This document shows positions 36,387-55,699 of a DNA stretch of 64,000 bases, one piece after another. Source of the DNA: Escherichia coli. Lineage in GTDB: Bacteria; Pseudomonadota; Gammaproteobacteria; Enterobacterales; Enterobacteriaceae. Positions within the stretch are counted from its first letter, which is position 1. Each line of letters starts with the position of its first letter. Both the position numbers and the translations under genes were made by a program. The stretch is from NCBI RefSeq assembly GCF_013315695.1, contig NZ_CP054353.1. One strand, given 5' to 3'. The notes below the pieces were generated by a model, which saw only the letters and a program-made list of their open reading frames with translations, made no database searches and was not told the origin of the DNA.

Positions 36387-37901
36387 ATGCAACAGTCTAC
36401 CCCGTATCTCTCATTTCGCGGCATCGGTAAAACGTTTCCCGGCGTTAAGGCGCTGACGGATATTAGTTTTGACTGCTATGCCGGTCAGGTTCATGCGTTG
36501 ATGGGTGAAAATGGCGCAGGAAAATCAACTCTCTTAAAAATCCTCAGCGGAAACTATGCGCCAACCACGGGTTCTGTAGTGATTAATGGGCAGGAAATGT
36601 CCTTTTCCGACACGACCGCAGCACTTAACGCGGGGGTGGCGATTATTTACCAGGAACTGCATCTCGTGCCGGAAATGACCGTCGCGGAAAACATCTATCT
36701 CGGCCAGCTGCCGCATAAAGGCGGCATTGTGAATCGTTCATTGCTGAATTATGAGGCAGGTTTACAAATTAAACATCTTGGTATGGATATTGACCCGGAC
36801 ACGCCGCTGAAATATCTCTCCATTGGTCAGTGGCAGATGGTTGAAATCGCCAAAGCGCTGGCGCGTAACGCCAAAATTATCGCCTTTGATGAGCCAACCA
36901 GCTCCCTCTCTGCCCGCGAAATCGACAATCTTTTCCGCGTTATTCGTGAACTGCGAAAAGAGGGGCGGGTGATCTTATACGTTTCTCACCGTATGGAAGA
37001 AATATTTGCCCTCAGCGATGCCATCACCGTCTTTAAAGATGGGCGTTATGTCAAAACCTTTACCGATATGCAGCAGGTTGACCACGACGCACTGGTGCAG
37101 GCGATGGTCGGGCGAGACATTGGCGATATCTACGGCTGGCAACCGCGTAGTTATGGCGAGGAGCGGCTGCGTCTTGATGCTGTGAAAGCACCAGGCGTGC
37201 GTACGCCAATAAGTCTGGCGGTTCGCAGTGGAGAAATTGTCGGTCTGTTTGGTCTGGTCGGGGCAGGGCGTAGCGAATTAATGAAAGGCATGTTTGGCGG
37301 GACGCAAATCACCGCCGGTCAGGTTTATATCGACCAACAGCCGATCGATATTCGTAAACCGAGCCACGCCATTGCCGCAGGCATGATGCTCTGCCCGGAA
37401 GATCGCAAAGCGGAAGGCATTATTCCCGTGCACTCCGTTCGCGACAATATCAACATCAGTGCCAGACGCAAACATGTGCTCGGCGGTTGTGTAATCAACA
37501 ACGGTTGGGAAGAAAACAATGCCGATCACCACATTCGTTCGCTCAACATCAAAACGCCGGGCGCTGAGCAACTGATCATGAATCTCTCAGGCGGAAATCA
37601 GCAAAAAGCTATTCTGGGCCGCTGGTTATCGGAAGAGATGAAGGTCATTTTGCTGGATGAACCTACGCGTGGCATTGATGTTGGTGCTAAGCATGAAATT
37701 TACAACGTGATTTATGCGCTGGCGGCGCAGGGTGTGGCGGTGCTGTTTGCCTCCAGCGACTTACCTGAAGTCCTCGGCGTTGCCGACCGGATTGTGGTGA
37801 TGCGGGAAGGCGAAATCGCCGGTGAATTGTTACACGAGCAGGCAGATGAGCGTCAGGCACTGAGCCTTGCGATGCCTAAAGTCAGCCAGGCAGTTGCCTG
37901 A
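36387..37901 (+). CDS. araG: L-arabinose ABC transporter ATPase
   Basis: 504 aa with two ABC cassettes. Confidence 0.95.
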   Translation: MQQSTPYLSFRGIGKTFPGVKALTDISFDCYAGQVHALMGENGAGKSTLLKILSGNYAPTTGSVVINGQEMSFSDTTAALNAGVAIIYQELHLVPEMTVAENIYLGQLPHKGGIVNRSLLNYEAGLQIKHLGMDIDPDTPLKYLSIGQWQMVEIAKALARNAKIIAFDEPTSSLSAREIDNLFRVIRELRKEGRVILYVSHRMEEIFALSDAITVFKDGRYVKTFTDMQQVDHDALVQAMVGRDIGDIYGWQPRSYGEERLRLDAVKAPGVRTPISLAVRSGEIVGLFGLVGAGRSELMKGMFGGTQITAGQVYIDQQPIDIRKPSHAIAAGMMLCPEDRKAEGIIPVHSVRDNINISARRKHVLGGCVINNGWEENNADHHIRSLNIKTPGAEQLIMNLSGGNQQKAILGRWLSEEMKVILLDEPTRGIDVGAKHEIYNVIYALAAQGVAVLFASSDLPEVLGVADRIVVMREGEIAGELLHEQADERQALSLAMPKVSQAVA

Positions 37902-37915
37902 GTAAGGAGAGTATG

Positions 37916-41268
<3,353 letters not shown>

Positions 41269-41274
41269 GTGCGG

Positions 41275-41703
41275 TTAATCTCCCGTAAGTGGAACTAACA
41301 GCACATCGACCTCACTTGAGGTAATCACTCTTTTCGCCGAGCAGGATGCTCGCGAAAAGAAACTGTGATTGTGATTACCGCAAATCACCAAATCGAAATG
41401 ATGTTTGCGACAAACTTCCAGAATATGTTCGCTTAACTCACCGTAGGCAATAAACGTCTTGTCAACGGGATACCCCGCATCCTGAATTAACTTATCAAGA
41501 AAGCTTTGCGTTTCTTCCTGCATCACATTGCGTAAATCTTCAAGCATCGGCGCAGCTAATTGATTGTACATTTCCGGGTCGGAAGCGAGAGTAATTAAAC
41601 TGATGTGTCCCTTTACTGGCCTGGCGATAGATACCGCTTTTGCCAGCAGTTGCTGACTTTCCGGTGTAACCGCAACGGCGACAAGAATATTGCTATAGCT
41701 CAT
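41275..41703 (-). CDS. uspC: Universal stress protein C
   Basis: 142-aa ORF. Confidence 0.9.
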   Translation of the reverse strand: MSYSNILVAVAVTPESQQLLAKAVSIARPVKGHISLITLASDPEMYNQLAAPMLEDLRNVMQEETQSFLDKLIQDAGYPVDKTFIAYGELSEHILEVCRKHHFDLVICGNHNHSFFSRASCSAKRVITSSEVDVLLVPLTGD

Positions 41704-42482
41704 AACCTGTTCCTTATTCTGTGAACTTCAGGTGACATTAAAGCTTTACTCCTAATGGAGAAACGACGCAATCCCAACTCAGTTAAACAGGTAAATATTA
41801 GTCTGGTCATTAGTAAATACAATTAATTAATTGCTCTTGGTTATCATATGATTTCAACTGTATTTATAAGAAAATAATGTACTGATTTCCCATATTGAAC
41901 AAGTGGTTAATATATGTAAAACATTTTATTAATATTAGGTTGATTGTTGCCTTTCTTTGTAGTTAATTAGTTTGTTGTGCGGTAAGTGTTTGTTTAAAAA
42001 TGGCTTATCTGGTATTGCATTAAAGCGATTATTTATAGCAGATGATTATTTACGGTGAGTTATTTTAACTGTGCGCAACATCCCATTTCGATTATTCCTG
42101 TTTCATTTTTGCTTGCCAGTGTAGCGAAAAATTTTTTAACAGATTGAAATACACCCAAAACAAAAGTATGACTTATACATTTATGTTAAGTAATTGAGCG
42201 TTTTGCGTGATCTGCATCACACATTATTGAAAATCGCAGCCCCCCTCCGTTGTATGTGCGTGTAGTGACGAGTACAGTTGCGTCGATTTAGGAAAAATCT
42301 TAGATAAGTGTAAAGACTCCCTTCTATTTGTAAGGACTTATTAAACCAAAAAGGTGGGTCTGCTTATTGCAGCTTATCGCAACTATTCTAATGCTAATTA
42401 TTTTTTACCGGGGCTTCCCGGCGACATCACGGGGTGCGGTGTGACCGCATAAAAATAAAGTTGGTTATTCTGGGTGGGAATA
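41704..42482 (+). promoter_or_regulatory. flhDC promoter and long 5' leader region (AT-rich), no IS insertion
   Basis: About 780-bp AT-rich intergenic region upstream of flhD; searched for IS termini and found none. Confidence 0.6.
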
Positions 42483-42833
42483 ATGCATACCTCCGAGTTG
42501 CTGAAACACATTTATGACATCAACTTGTCATATTTACTACTTGCACAGCGTCTGATTGTTCAGGACAAAGCGTCCGCTATGTTTCGTCTCGGCATAAATG
42601 AAGAAATGGCGACAACGTTAGCGGCACTGACTCTTCCGCAAATGGTTAAGCTGGCAGAAACCAATCAACTGGTTTGTCACTTCCGTTTTGACAGCCACCA
42701 GACGATTACTCAGTTGACGCAAGATTCCCGCGTTGACGATCTCCAGCAAATTCATACCGGCATCATGCTCTCAACACGCTTGCTGAATGATGTTAATCAG
42801 CCTGAAGAAGCGCTGCGCAAGAAAAGGGCCTGA
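42483..42833 (+). CDS. flhD: Flagellar master regulator FlhD
   Basis: 116 aa from [25 protein letters not shown]. Confidence 0.95.
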
Positions 42834-42835
42834 TC

Positions 42836-43414
42836 ATGAGTGAAAAAAGCATTGTTCAGGAAGCGCGGGATATTCAGCTGGCAATGGAATTGATCACCCT
42901 GGGCGCTCGTTTGCAGATGCTAGAAAGCGAAACACAGTTAAGTCGCGGACGTCTGATAAAACTCTATAAAGAACTGCGCGGAAGCCCACCGCCGAAAGGC
43001 ATGCTGCCATTCTCAACCGACTGGTTTATGACCTGGGAACAAAATGTTCATGCTTCGATGTTCTGTAATGCATGGCAGTTTTTACTGAAAACTGGCTTGT
43101 GTAATGGCGTTGATGCGGTGATCAAAGCCTACCGTTTATACCTTGAACAGTGCCCGCAAGCAGAAGAAGGACCGCTGCTGGCATTAACCCGTGCCTGGAC
43201 ATTGGTGCGGTTTGTTGAAAGTGGATTACTGCAACTTTCCAGCTGCAACTGCTGCGGCGGCAATTTTATTACCCACGCTCACCAGCCTGTTGGCAGCTTT
43301 GCCTGCAGCTTATGTCAGCCGCCATCCCGGGCAGTAAAAAGACGTAAACTTTCCCAGAATCCTGCCGATATTATCCCACAACTGCTGGATGAACAGAGAG
43401 TACAGGCTGTTTAA
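42836..43414 (+). CDS. flhC: Flagellar master regulator FlhC
   Basis: 192 aa with zinc-binding cysteines. Confidence 0.95.
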
Positions 43415-43819
43415 CTGATACGGTGTGGCGAAACATTCCAGCAGCGGTAACGATGTACCGCTGCTTTTTTTTGCCCCTATCGCGTGTTAACGCCTGACGA
43501 CTGAACATCCTGTCATGGTCAACAGTGGAAGGATGATGTCGTGCTTATCTTATTAGGTTACCTGGTTGTTCTCGGTACAGTTTTCGGCGGTTATTTGATG
43601 ACCGGTGGAAGCCTTGGAGCACTCTATCAACCCGCTGAACTGGTGATTATTGCCGGTGCAGGGATTGGGTCGTTTATCGTCGGCAATAATGGCAAAGCGA
43701 TTAAAGGCACGCTGAAGGCGCTGCCGTTGCTGTTTCGTCGCTCCAAATACACCAAAGCAATGTATATGGATCTGCTGGCTCTGCTTTATCGGTTGATGGC
43801 GAAATCGCGGCAGATGGGG

Positions 43820-45245
43820 TAATGCCAGTCAGTTAAGCAACTGACTGGCTCTTTTTCGGGGCTGTGGGGTATTTCCAGGGCCTCTCCTTTACCACTCTCG
43901 GGAAGGCCCTTTCCCTTCTTGTCGGTAATTTCACAAGTTGTCCCATACTTGCAAGATCGCGCATCAGCTCCGGTATACGTCCCGGTGAAGCGCCCTGCAA
44001 TGTCATCAGCATTCTCATCACCATTCCGCATGATTCTGAGAAACTCAGTTGATTCGGCCAGTAACCTTTCAGATGTTCCGCCATTTTAATCATCTGATAT
44101 CTCACCAGATTATAAGCCAGTAAGACACCCCACAGCTCTTGCTCCACAAGCTCCGGTTTTTTACTTCTCAGCGTCAGCCTGCTCAGTTGCATCGTCTGTT
44201 TTATCTCCCTGTATCCCAGTTCGATTTCCCAGCGATGACTGTACAGATCCGCCATTTCTCCTCCGGGGAAGCGCATGGCGTCCGTCATCGACGTCAGCAG
44301 ATGGCAGACTTTTCCTTTGCGCGTCACGGTCAGCAGGCGGGCTGTCACTTCATTTCCCAGTCCCGGCCACTTTTTTCGTGCCTGCGGGCTGGTTTTCAGC
44401 TTCACCAGATGATCGCCTTTACCCAGTTTTCTGATCTCTTCATATTGCGCTCCCTTTCTGAGAGGTATCATCCAGTGGCGGTGTTCTCCCGCCAGGCTCC
44501 AGGCATTTAACAGTCCCAGTGAGTAATAACCTTTATCCATTAACGTCAGAGTGTTATCGCCGGTTTGTTCTATAAGTTGCTCAGCAAGCTCATTTTCGCT
44601 GTTCTTCATCGTGCCGAAGGCTGCAGCCGTCAGCAGATGGCTGGTCAGTTCCATCTGGCAGACCATTTTGACCTGCGGGTAGAGCGCCGGGTTCCCGGCA
44701 TGTGTCTGGCGGGGGAAGGCTGCATCGTTCTCTGGTGTATCCGGTGTGCGCCAGAACACACCATCGATGGCCAGCAGGGTCAGGCCGCACCAGTGCGGAT
44801 GCGGCGTGGCGTTATGCCAGAGCTGCGCTGTTTTCGTGAACACGCGGCGGACAGCCTCACTTCCCAGGCGCTGGCGGGCCTGAATAACGGCACTGGGGGC
44901 AACGAAGGGGCGATTGCCCGGCAGCATGATGTCCAGGCGATTCACAATCTGGTGAAGAGGTTCTTTACGCTCAAGCGCCATGCCAACAATACACCAGACC
45001 ATCATTTCGAGGGGAAGACGGCGCTTGCGTAGCGTTACAGTACCTGATTCGGCAAGGCAACGAGAGATGAGTTCGGGGTCGAGGTAATCCCCCAGAGAAG
45101 TCAGTGGGTTACGCAGAGAATCGTAACGGGATACCAGATCAAGAGCCTGTCCAATGTGCATAAAAAAATCCGGAAACAAGTGAGCGTTTCCGGATTCTTA
45201 CACAGCCACTGGATCGGTCAACTGATCCTTAACTGATCGGCATTA
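43820..45245 (-). mobile_element. IS4 insertion sequence (1426 bp) with 12-bp target-site duplication
   Basis: Imperfect terminal IRs taatgccagtcagttaag / taatgccgatcagttaag; flanked by direct repeats cggcagatgggg at 43808-43819 and 45246-45257. Confidence 0.9.
43833..45161 (-). CDS. insG: IS4 transposase (DDE, InsG)
   Basis: 442 aa from [28 protein letters not shown]. Confidence 0.9.
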   Translation of the reverse strand: MHIGQALDLVSRYDSLRNPLTSLGDYLDPELISRCLAESGTVTLRKRRLPLEMMVWCIVGMALERKEPLHQIVNRLDIMLPGNRPFVAPSAVIQARQRLGSEAVRRVFTKTAQLWHNATPHPHWCGLTLLAIDGVFWRTPDTPENDAAFPRQTHAGNPALYPQVKMVCQMELTSHLLTAAAFGTMKNSENELAEQLIEQTGDNTLTLMDKGYYSLGLLNAWSLAGEHRHWMIPLRKGAQYEEIRKLGKGDHLVKLKTSPQARKKWPGLGNEVTARLLTVTRKGKVCHLLTSMTDAMRFPGGEMADLYSHRWEIELGYREIKQTMQLSRLTLRSKKPELVEQELWGVLLAYNLVRYQMIKMAEHLKGYWPNQLSFSESCGMVMRMLMTLQGASPGRIPELMRDLASMGQLVKLPTRRERAFPRVVKERPWKYPTAPKKSQSVA

Positions 45246-45862
45246 CGGCAGATGGGGATGTTTTCGCTGGAACGCGATATTGAAAATCCCCGTGAGAGTG
45301 AGATCTTCGCCAGCTACCCACGCATCCTTGCGGATAGCGTCATGCTTGAATTTATCGTCGATTATCTGCGCCTGATTATCAGTGGTCACATGAACACCTT
45401 CGAAATCGAAGCTCTGATGGATGAAGAGATTGAGACGCACGAAAGCGAGGCAGAAGTCCCGGCGAACAGTCTGGCGCTGGTCGGGGACTCACTTCCGGCG
45501 TTTGGTATTGTTGCGGCTGTAATGGGGGTCGTTCACGCGTTAGGTTCAGCCGATCGTCCTGCCGCCGAGCTGGGGGCGCTTATCGCTCATGCGATGGTGG
45601 GGACTTTCCTCGGTATTTTATTGGCTTACGGATTTATTTCCCCATTAGCGAGTGTTTTACGTCAGAAAAGCGCCGAAACCAGCAAAATGATGCAGTGCGT
45701 CAAAGTCACTCTGCTTTCAAATCTGAACGGTTACGCACCGCCTATCGCCGTTGAGTTTGGTCGCAAAACGCTCTATTCCAGCGAACGTCCGTCGTTTATT
45801 GAGCTGGAAGAGCATGTGCGTGCGGTGAAAAATCCGCAACAACAGACGACAACCGAGGAAGC

Positions 45863-48758
<2,896 letters not shown>

Positions 48759-48778
48759 ATGAGTAAAAAGGTAACAAT

Positions 48779-49282
48779 ATGACCGGTATGACGAATGTAA
48801 CAAAGCTGGCCAGCGAGCCGTCAGGCCAGGAATTTCTGGTATTTACCCTTGGTGATGAAGAGTACGGTATTGATATTCTGAAAGTGCAGGAGATCCGTGG
48901 CTACGATCAGGTGACACGGATTGCGAACACGCCAGCGTTTATCAAAGGCGTCACGAATCTGCGCGGCGTTATTGTGCCGATTGTTGACTTACGAATTAAG
49001 TTCAGCCAGGTGGATGTGGACTATAACGACAACACGGTAGTTATCGTCCTGAATCTCGGACAGCGGGTGGTCGGCATCGTGGTTGACGGCGTCTCAGACG
49101 TGCTTTCATTGACGGCGGAGCAAATTCGTCCGGCACCGGAATTTGCCGTGACGCTTTCAACCGAATATCTCACAGGACTGGGCGCACTCGGCGACCGCAT
49201 GTTGATTCTGGTGAACATCGAAAAACTGCTGAACAGCGAAGAGATGGCGCTGTTAGATAGCGCGGCGTCAGAAGTGGCGTAA
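48779..49282 (+). CDS. cheW: Chemotaxis coupling protein CheW
   Basis: 167-aa ORF. Confidence 0.95.
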
Positions 49283-49310
49283 TTCTCCCGATTTCCTCAA
49301 TTGCAATGAA

Positions 49311-49337
49311 CCCGATGACCTGCGCATCGGGTTTTTT
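49311..49337 (+). terminator. Rho-independent terminator after cheW
   Basis: cccgatg acctgcg catcggg followed by tttttt. Confidence 0.6.
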
Positions 49338-49368
49338 ATTTCAGTTTCGCGGCGGGTGGCATCAGCAA

Positions 49369-49395
49369 TAAAGTTTCCCCCTTCCTTGCCGATAA
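49369..49395 (+). promoter_or_regulatory. Sigma-28 promoter of the tar-cheRBYZ operon
   Basis: taaagttt-N11-gccgataa, exact consensus. Confidence 0.75.
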
Positions 49396-49426
49396 CGAGA
49401 TCAACTTGTTTTCAGGAAGGTGCCTT

Positions 49427-51088
49427 ATGATTAACCGTATCCGCGTAGTCACGCTGTTGGTAATGGTGCTGGGGGTATTCGCACTGTTACAGCTTATTTC
49501 CGGCAGTCTGTTTTTTTCTTCCCTTCACCATAGCCAGAAGAGCTTTGTGGTTTCCAATAAATTACGGGAACAGCAGGGCGAGCTGACGTCAACATGGGAT
49601 TTAATGCTGCAAACGCGCATTAACCTGAGTCGTTCAGCGGTGCGGATGATGATGGATTCATCCAATCAGCAAAGTAATGCCAAAGTTGAATTGCTCGATA
49701 GTGCCAGGAAAACATTGGCCCAGGCCGCGACTCATTATAAAAAATTCAAAAGCATGGCACCGTTACCTGAAATGGTCGCTACCAGTCGTAATATTGATGA
49801 AAAATATAAAAACTATCACACAGCGTTAACTGAACTGATTGATTATCTTGATTATGGCAATACTGGAGCTTATTTCGCTCAGCCAACCCAGGGAATGCAA
49901 AATGCAATGGGCGAAGCGTTTGCTCAGTACGCCCTCAGCAGTGAAAAACTGTATCGCGATATCATCACTGACAACGCAGATGATTACCGATTTGCCCAGT
50001 GGCAACTGGCGGTTATCGCGCTGGTGGTGGTATTGATTCTGCTGGTGGCGTGGTACGGCATTCGCCGTATGTTGCTTACACCGCTGGCAAAAATTATTGC
50101 GCATATTCGCGAAATTGCCGGTGGTAACCTGGCGAATACCCTGACCATTGACGGGCGCAGTGAAATGGGCGACCTGGCGCAGAGTGTTTCACATATGCAA
50201 CGCTCTTTGACTGACACCGTCACTCATGTGCGCGAAGGTTCAGATGCCATCTATGCCGGTACCCGTGAAATTGCGGCGGGCAACACCGATCTTTCCTCCC
50301 GTACTGAACAGCAGGCATCCGCGCTGGAAGAAACTGCCGCCAGTATGGAGCAGCTCACCGCGACAGTGAAGCAAAACGCCGATAACGCCCGCCAGGCCTC
50401 GCAACTGGCGCAAAGTGCCTCCGACACCGCCCAGCACGGCGGCAAAGTGGTGGATGGCGTAGTGAAAACGATGCATGAGATCGCCGATAGTTCGAAGAAA
50501 ATTGCCGACATTATCAGCGTTATCGATGGTATTGCCTTCCAGACTAATATCCTCGCGCTGAATGCCGCTGTTGAAGCCGCGCGAGCGGGTGAACAGGGCC
50601 GTGGTTTTGCCGTGGTGGCGGGTGAAGTGCGTAATCTTGCCAGTCGCAGTGCACAGGCGGCAAAAGAGATCAAAGCCCTCATTGAAGACTCCGTCTCGCG
50701 CGTTGATACCGGTTCGGTGCTGGTCGAAAGCGCTGGGGAAACAATGAACAATATCGTCAATGCTGTCACTCGCGTGACTGACATTATGGGCGAGATTGCA
50801 TCAGCATCGGATGAACAGAGCCGTGGCATCGATCAAGTCGCATTGGCGGTTTCGGAAATGGATCGCGTCACGCAACAGAACGCATCGCTGGTGCAGGAAT
50901 CAGCTGCCGCCGCAGCTGCGCTGGAAGAACAGGCGAGTCGTTTAACGCAAGCGGTTTCCGCGTTCCGTCTGGCAGCCAGCCCACTCACCAATAAACCGCA
51001 AACACCATCCCGTCCTGCCAGTGAGCAACCACCGGCACAGCCACGACTGCGAATTGCTGAACAAGATCCAAACTGGGAAACATTTTGA
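49427..51088 (+). CDS. tar: Methyl-accepting chemotaxis protein II (aspartate receptor) Tar
   Basis: 553 aa from [23 protein letters not shown]-terminal NWETF pentapeptide. Confidence 0.95.
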   Translation: MINRIRVVTLLVMVLGVFALLQLISGSLFFSSLHHSQKSFVVSNKLREQQGELTSTWDLMLQTRINLSRSAVRMMMDSSNQQSNAKVELLDSARKTLAQAATHYKKFKSMAPLPEMVATSRNIDEKYKNYHTALTELIDYLDYGNTGAYFAQPTQGMQNAMGEAFAQYALSSEKLYRDIITDNADDYRFAQWQLAVIALVVVLILLVAWYGIRRMLLTPLAKIIAHIREIAGGNLANTLTIDGRSEMGDLAQSVSHMQRSLTDTVTHVREGSDAIYAGTREIAAGNTDLSSRTEQQASALEETAASMEQLTATVKQNADNARQASQLAQSASDTAQHGGKVVDGVVKTMHEIADSSKKIADIISVIDGIAFQTNILALNAAVEAARAGEQGRGFAVVAGEVRNLASRSAQAAKEIKALIEDSVSRVDTGSVLVESAGETMNNIVNAVTRVTDIMGEIASASDEQSRGIDQVALAVSEMDRVTQQNASLVQESAAAAAALEEQASRLTQAVSAFRLAASPLTNKPQTPSRPASEQPPAQPRLRIAEQDPNWETF

Positions 51089-51133
51089 CGAGTATTTACT
51101 AAAGCGGTCATTGCCGCCTGATGGGGAGCGTTG

Positions 51134-51360
51134 ATGTTTAATCGTATTCGAATTTCGACCACGCTGTTTTTAATTTTGATTCTCTGCGGGATCTTGCAGA
51201 TTGGCAGTAACGGCATGTCTTTTGGGCATTTCGCGACGATTTGCAACGACTGAATCAGGCCGACCATCTTTCGTCGCGTGTGGCGGTATTTACCCTTGAA
51301 GAACATGAAGTAGCACGACATGAGTCGGCGCAGTTACAAATTGCGCCAGTGGTATCCTGA
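51134..51360 (+). pseudogene. tap: tap (MCP IV, dipeptide receptor) remnant: N-terminal 30 codons, frameshift, and C-terminal ~30 codons joined by an internal deletion
   Basis: Begins MFNRIRISTTLFLILILCGILQIGSNGMSF then shifts frame; the 3' end encodes ...RVAVFTLEEHEVARHESAQLQIAPVVS* in another frame; expected gene is about 1.6 kb but only 227 bp is present. Confidence 0.75.
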
Positions 51361-51378
51361 AGTGATTGAGAAGGCGCT

Positions 51379-52239
51379 ATGACTTCATCTCTGCCCTGTG
51401 GGCAAACGTCTTTATTGTTACAGATGACCGAGCGCCTGGCGCTTTCCGACGCGCATTTTCGGCGGATAAGTCAATTGATCTATCAACGCGCCGGGATCGT
51501 TCTGGCTGACCATAAACGCGACATGGTTTACAACCGACTGGTTCGTCGTTTGCGTGCGCTGGGACTGGCGGATTTCGGTCATTACCTGAACTTGCTGGAA
51601 TCTAATCAGCACAGCGGTGAGTGGCAGGCGTTTATCAATTCGCTGACCACGAATCTGACGGCATTTTTCCGTGAGGCACACCATTTTCCTCTGCTCGCGG
51701 ATCACGCACGTCGCCGTTCTGGCGAGTATCGCGTATGGAGCGCGGCGGCTTCGACCGGCGAAGAGCCGTACAGCATTGCGATGACACTGGCTGACACATT
51801 GGGCACCGCGCCCGGACGCTGGAAAGTGTTTGCCAGCGACATTGACACCGAAGTGCTGGAAAAAGCCAGAAGCGGTATTTATCGCCATGAAGAGTTGAAA
51901 AATCTGACGCCGCAGCAACTGCAGCGGTACTTCATGCGAGGGACGGGACCGCATCAAGGGCTGGTACGCGTGCGTCAGGAATTGGCGAATTATGTTGATT
52001 TTGCCCCGCTGAATTTACTGGCGAAACAGTACACCGTGCCGGGGCCGTTTGATGCGATCTTCTGTCGTAACGTCATGATCTACTTCGATCAAACTACCCA
52101 GCAGGAGATTTTGCGCCGCTTTGTTCCGCTCCTTAAACCCGACGGATTGCTGTTTGCGGGTCACTCTGAAAACTTTAGCCACCTTGAGCGCCGCTTCACG
52201 CTGCGTGGTCAGACGGTGTATGCGCTAAGTAAGGATTAA
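51379..52239 (+). CDS. cheR: Chemotaxis methyltransferase CheR
   Basis: 286-aa ORF. Confidence 0.95.
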
Positions 52240-52241
52240 CG

Positions 52242-53695
<1,454 letters not shown>

Positions 53696-53705
53696 GGATG
53701 CGACT

Positions 53706-54350
53706 ATGATGCAACCATCAATCAAACCTGCTGACGAGCATTCAGCTGGCGATATCATTGCGCGCATCGGCAGCCTGACGCGTATGCTGCGCGACAGTTT
53801 GCGGGAACTGGGGCTGGATCAGGCCATTGCCGAAGCGGCGGAAGCCATCCCCGATGCGCGCGATCGTTTGTACTATGTTGTGCAGATGACCGCCCAGGCT
53901 GCGGAGCGGGCGCTGAACAGTGTTGAGGCGTCACAACCGCATCAGGATCAAATGGAGAAATCAGCAAAAGCGTTAACCCAACGTTGGGATGACTGGTTTG
54001 CCGATCCGATTGACCTTACCGACGCCCGTGAACTGGTAACAGACACGCGGCAATTTCTGGCAGATGTCCCCGCACATACCAGCTTTACTAACGCGCAATT
54101 GCTGGAAATCATGATGGCGCAGGATTTTCAGGATCTCACCGGACAGGTCATTAAGCGGATGATGGATGTCATTCAGGAGATCGAACGTCAGTTGCTGATG
54201 GTGCTGTTGGAAAACATCCCGGAACAGGAGTCGCGTCCAAAACGTGAAAACCAGAGTTTGCTTAATGGACCTCAGGTCGATACCAGCAAAGCCGGTGTGG
54301 TAGCCAGTCAGGATCAGGTGGACGATTTGTTGGATAGTCTTGGATTTTGA
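53706..54350 (+). CDS. cheZ: CheY-P phosphatase CheZ
   Basis: 214 aa from [18 protein letters not shown]. Confidence 0.95.
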   Translation: MMQPSIKPADEHSAGDIIARIGSLTRMLRDSLRELGLDQAIAEAAEAIPDARDRLYYVVQMTAQAAERALNSVEASQPHQDQMEKSAKALTQRWDDWFADPIDLTDARELVTDTRQFLADVPAHTSFTNAQLLEIMMAQDFQDLTGQVIKRMMDVIQEIERQLLMVLLENIPEQESRPKRENQSLLNGPQVDTSKAGVVASQDQVDDLLDSLGF

Positions 54351-54558
54351 TTTGTATTGCCTGATGTGACGTGGCCGCGTCACATCAGATCTTCAAGGTT
54401 GGATAAGGCGTTTACGCCGTACCCGACAAACATGTCACCATGCCTGATGTGCTGTGGCAAAAGCCCTAAATCCCGCCTGTTTTGCCCCTTACTCAAACCA
54501 TTGAACACTTTGCGCTCTGGCATCATTTACGCTTAATACTCTTTCCAGGATTGGCGAC

Positions 54559-55593
54559 GTGTCTGACGAGATCGACGACAAAACAGAAGCCCCCACACCT
54601 CACCGACTAGAAAAAGCGCGGGAAGAGGGGCAAATCCCGCGTTCCCGTGAACTGACTTCACTGCTGATTTTGCTGGTGGGCGTTAGTGTTATCTGGTTTG
54701 GCGGTGTGGCGCTGGCCCGTCGATTGTCGGGCATGCTCTCCGCAGGGCTGCATTTTGATCACAGTATTATCAATGACCCGAATCTGATCCTCGGGCAGAT
54801 TATTCTGCTGATCAGAGAAGCCATGCTGGCGCTGTTACCGCTGATTAGCGGCGTGGTGCTGGTGGCGATTATTTCTCCGGTTATGTTGGGGGGGCTGGTA
54901 TTTAGTGGAAAATCCTTGCAGCCGAAGTTTTCCAAACTCAACCCGCTACCGGGCATTAAACGGATGTTCTCGGCACAGACTGGCGCGGAGTTGCTTAAGG
55001 CAATTTTGAAAACCATCCTGGTTGGCAGCGTGACGGGGTTTTTTCTCTGGCATCACTGGCCGCAGATGATGCGCTTAATGGCCGAGTCTCCGATTACCGC
55101 CATGGGTAATGCGATGGATCTGGTAGGGCTATGCGCGCTGCTGGTGGTGCTTGGTGTCATTCCAATGGTGGGATTTGACGTCTTTTTCCAAATCTTCAGC
55201 CACCTGAAAAAGCTGCGAATGTCACGGCAGGATATTCGTGATGAGTTCAAACAAAGCGAAGGCGACCCCCATGTTAAAGGGCGGATCCGTCAGATGCAGC
55301 GAGCGGCCGCACGGCGTCGGATGATGGCCGATGTGCCGAAAGCGGATGTCATTGTCAATAACCCGACCCACTATTCGGTAGCGTTGCAGTATGACGAAAA
55401 CAAAATGAGCGCACCGAAAGTGGTCGCTAAAGGTGCAGGGCTGGTCGCGCTGCGCATTCGTGAAATTGGCGCTGAAAATAACGTCCCGACGCTTGAAGCG
55501 CCGCCGCTGGCGCGTGCGCTGTATCGACATGCGGAGATCGGTCAACAAATCCCGGGTCAACTGTACGCCGCGGTGGCGGAAGTGCTGGCCTGA
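54559..55593 (+). CDS. flhB: Flagellar export switch protein FlhB, terminated early by a TGA at 55591-55593 (344 aa instead of about 382)
   Basis: GTG start, (M)SDEIDDKTEAPTPHRLEKAREEGQIPR; after the TGA the same frame stays open for 37 more codons and ends at the TAA that overlaps the flhA ATG. Confidence 0.85.
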   Translation: MSDEIDDKTEAPTPHRLEKAREEGQIPRSRELTSLLILLVGVSVIWFGGVALARRLSGMLSAGLHFDHSIINDPNLILGQIILLIREAMLALLPLISGVVLVAIISPVMLGGLVFSGKSLQPKFSKLNPLPGIKRMFSAQTGAELLKAILKTILVGSVTGFFLWHHWPQMMRLMAESPITAMGNAMDLVGLCALLVVLGVIPMVGFDVFFQIFSHLKKLRMSRQDIRDEFKQSEGDPHVKGRIRQMQRAAARRRMMADVPKADVIVNNPTHYSVALQYDENKMSAPKVVAKGAGLVALRIREIGAENNVPTLEAPPLARALYRHAEIGQQIPGQLYAAVAEVLA

Positions 55594-55699
55594 GTCTGGC
55601 AACTGAAACGCTGGCGTCTGGCTGGTGGACAACGCCCTGTACAACCTACTCATCTTCCGGTGCCGGAAGCCCTGGATTTTATTAACGAGAAACCGACCC

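Noticed and set aside
41704-42482. Possible IS element upstream of flhD, as in hyper-motile K-12 derivatives
   Set aside because: Searched the region for IS1, IS5 and IS4 terminal repeats and transposase-like ORFs and found none; the region appears to be native AT-rich regulatory DNA.
43415-43540. Expected sigma-28 promoter upstream of motA
   Set aside because: Could not find a convincing TAAA-N15-GCCGATAA match in the flhC-motA intergenic region by eye, so no promoter is annotated.
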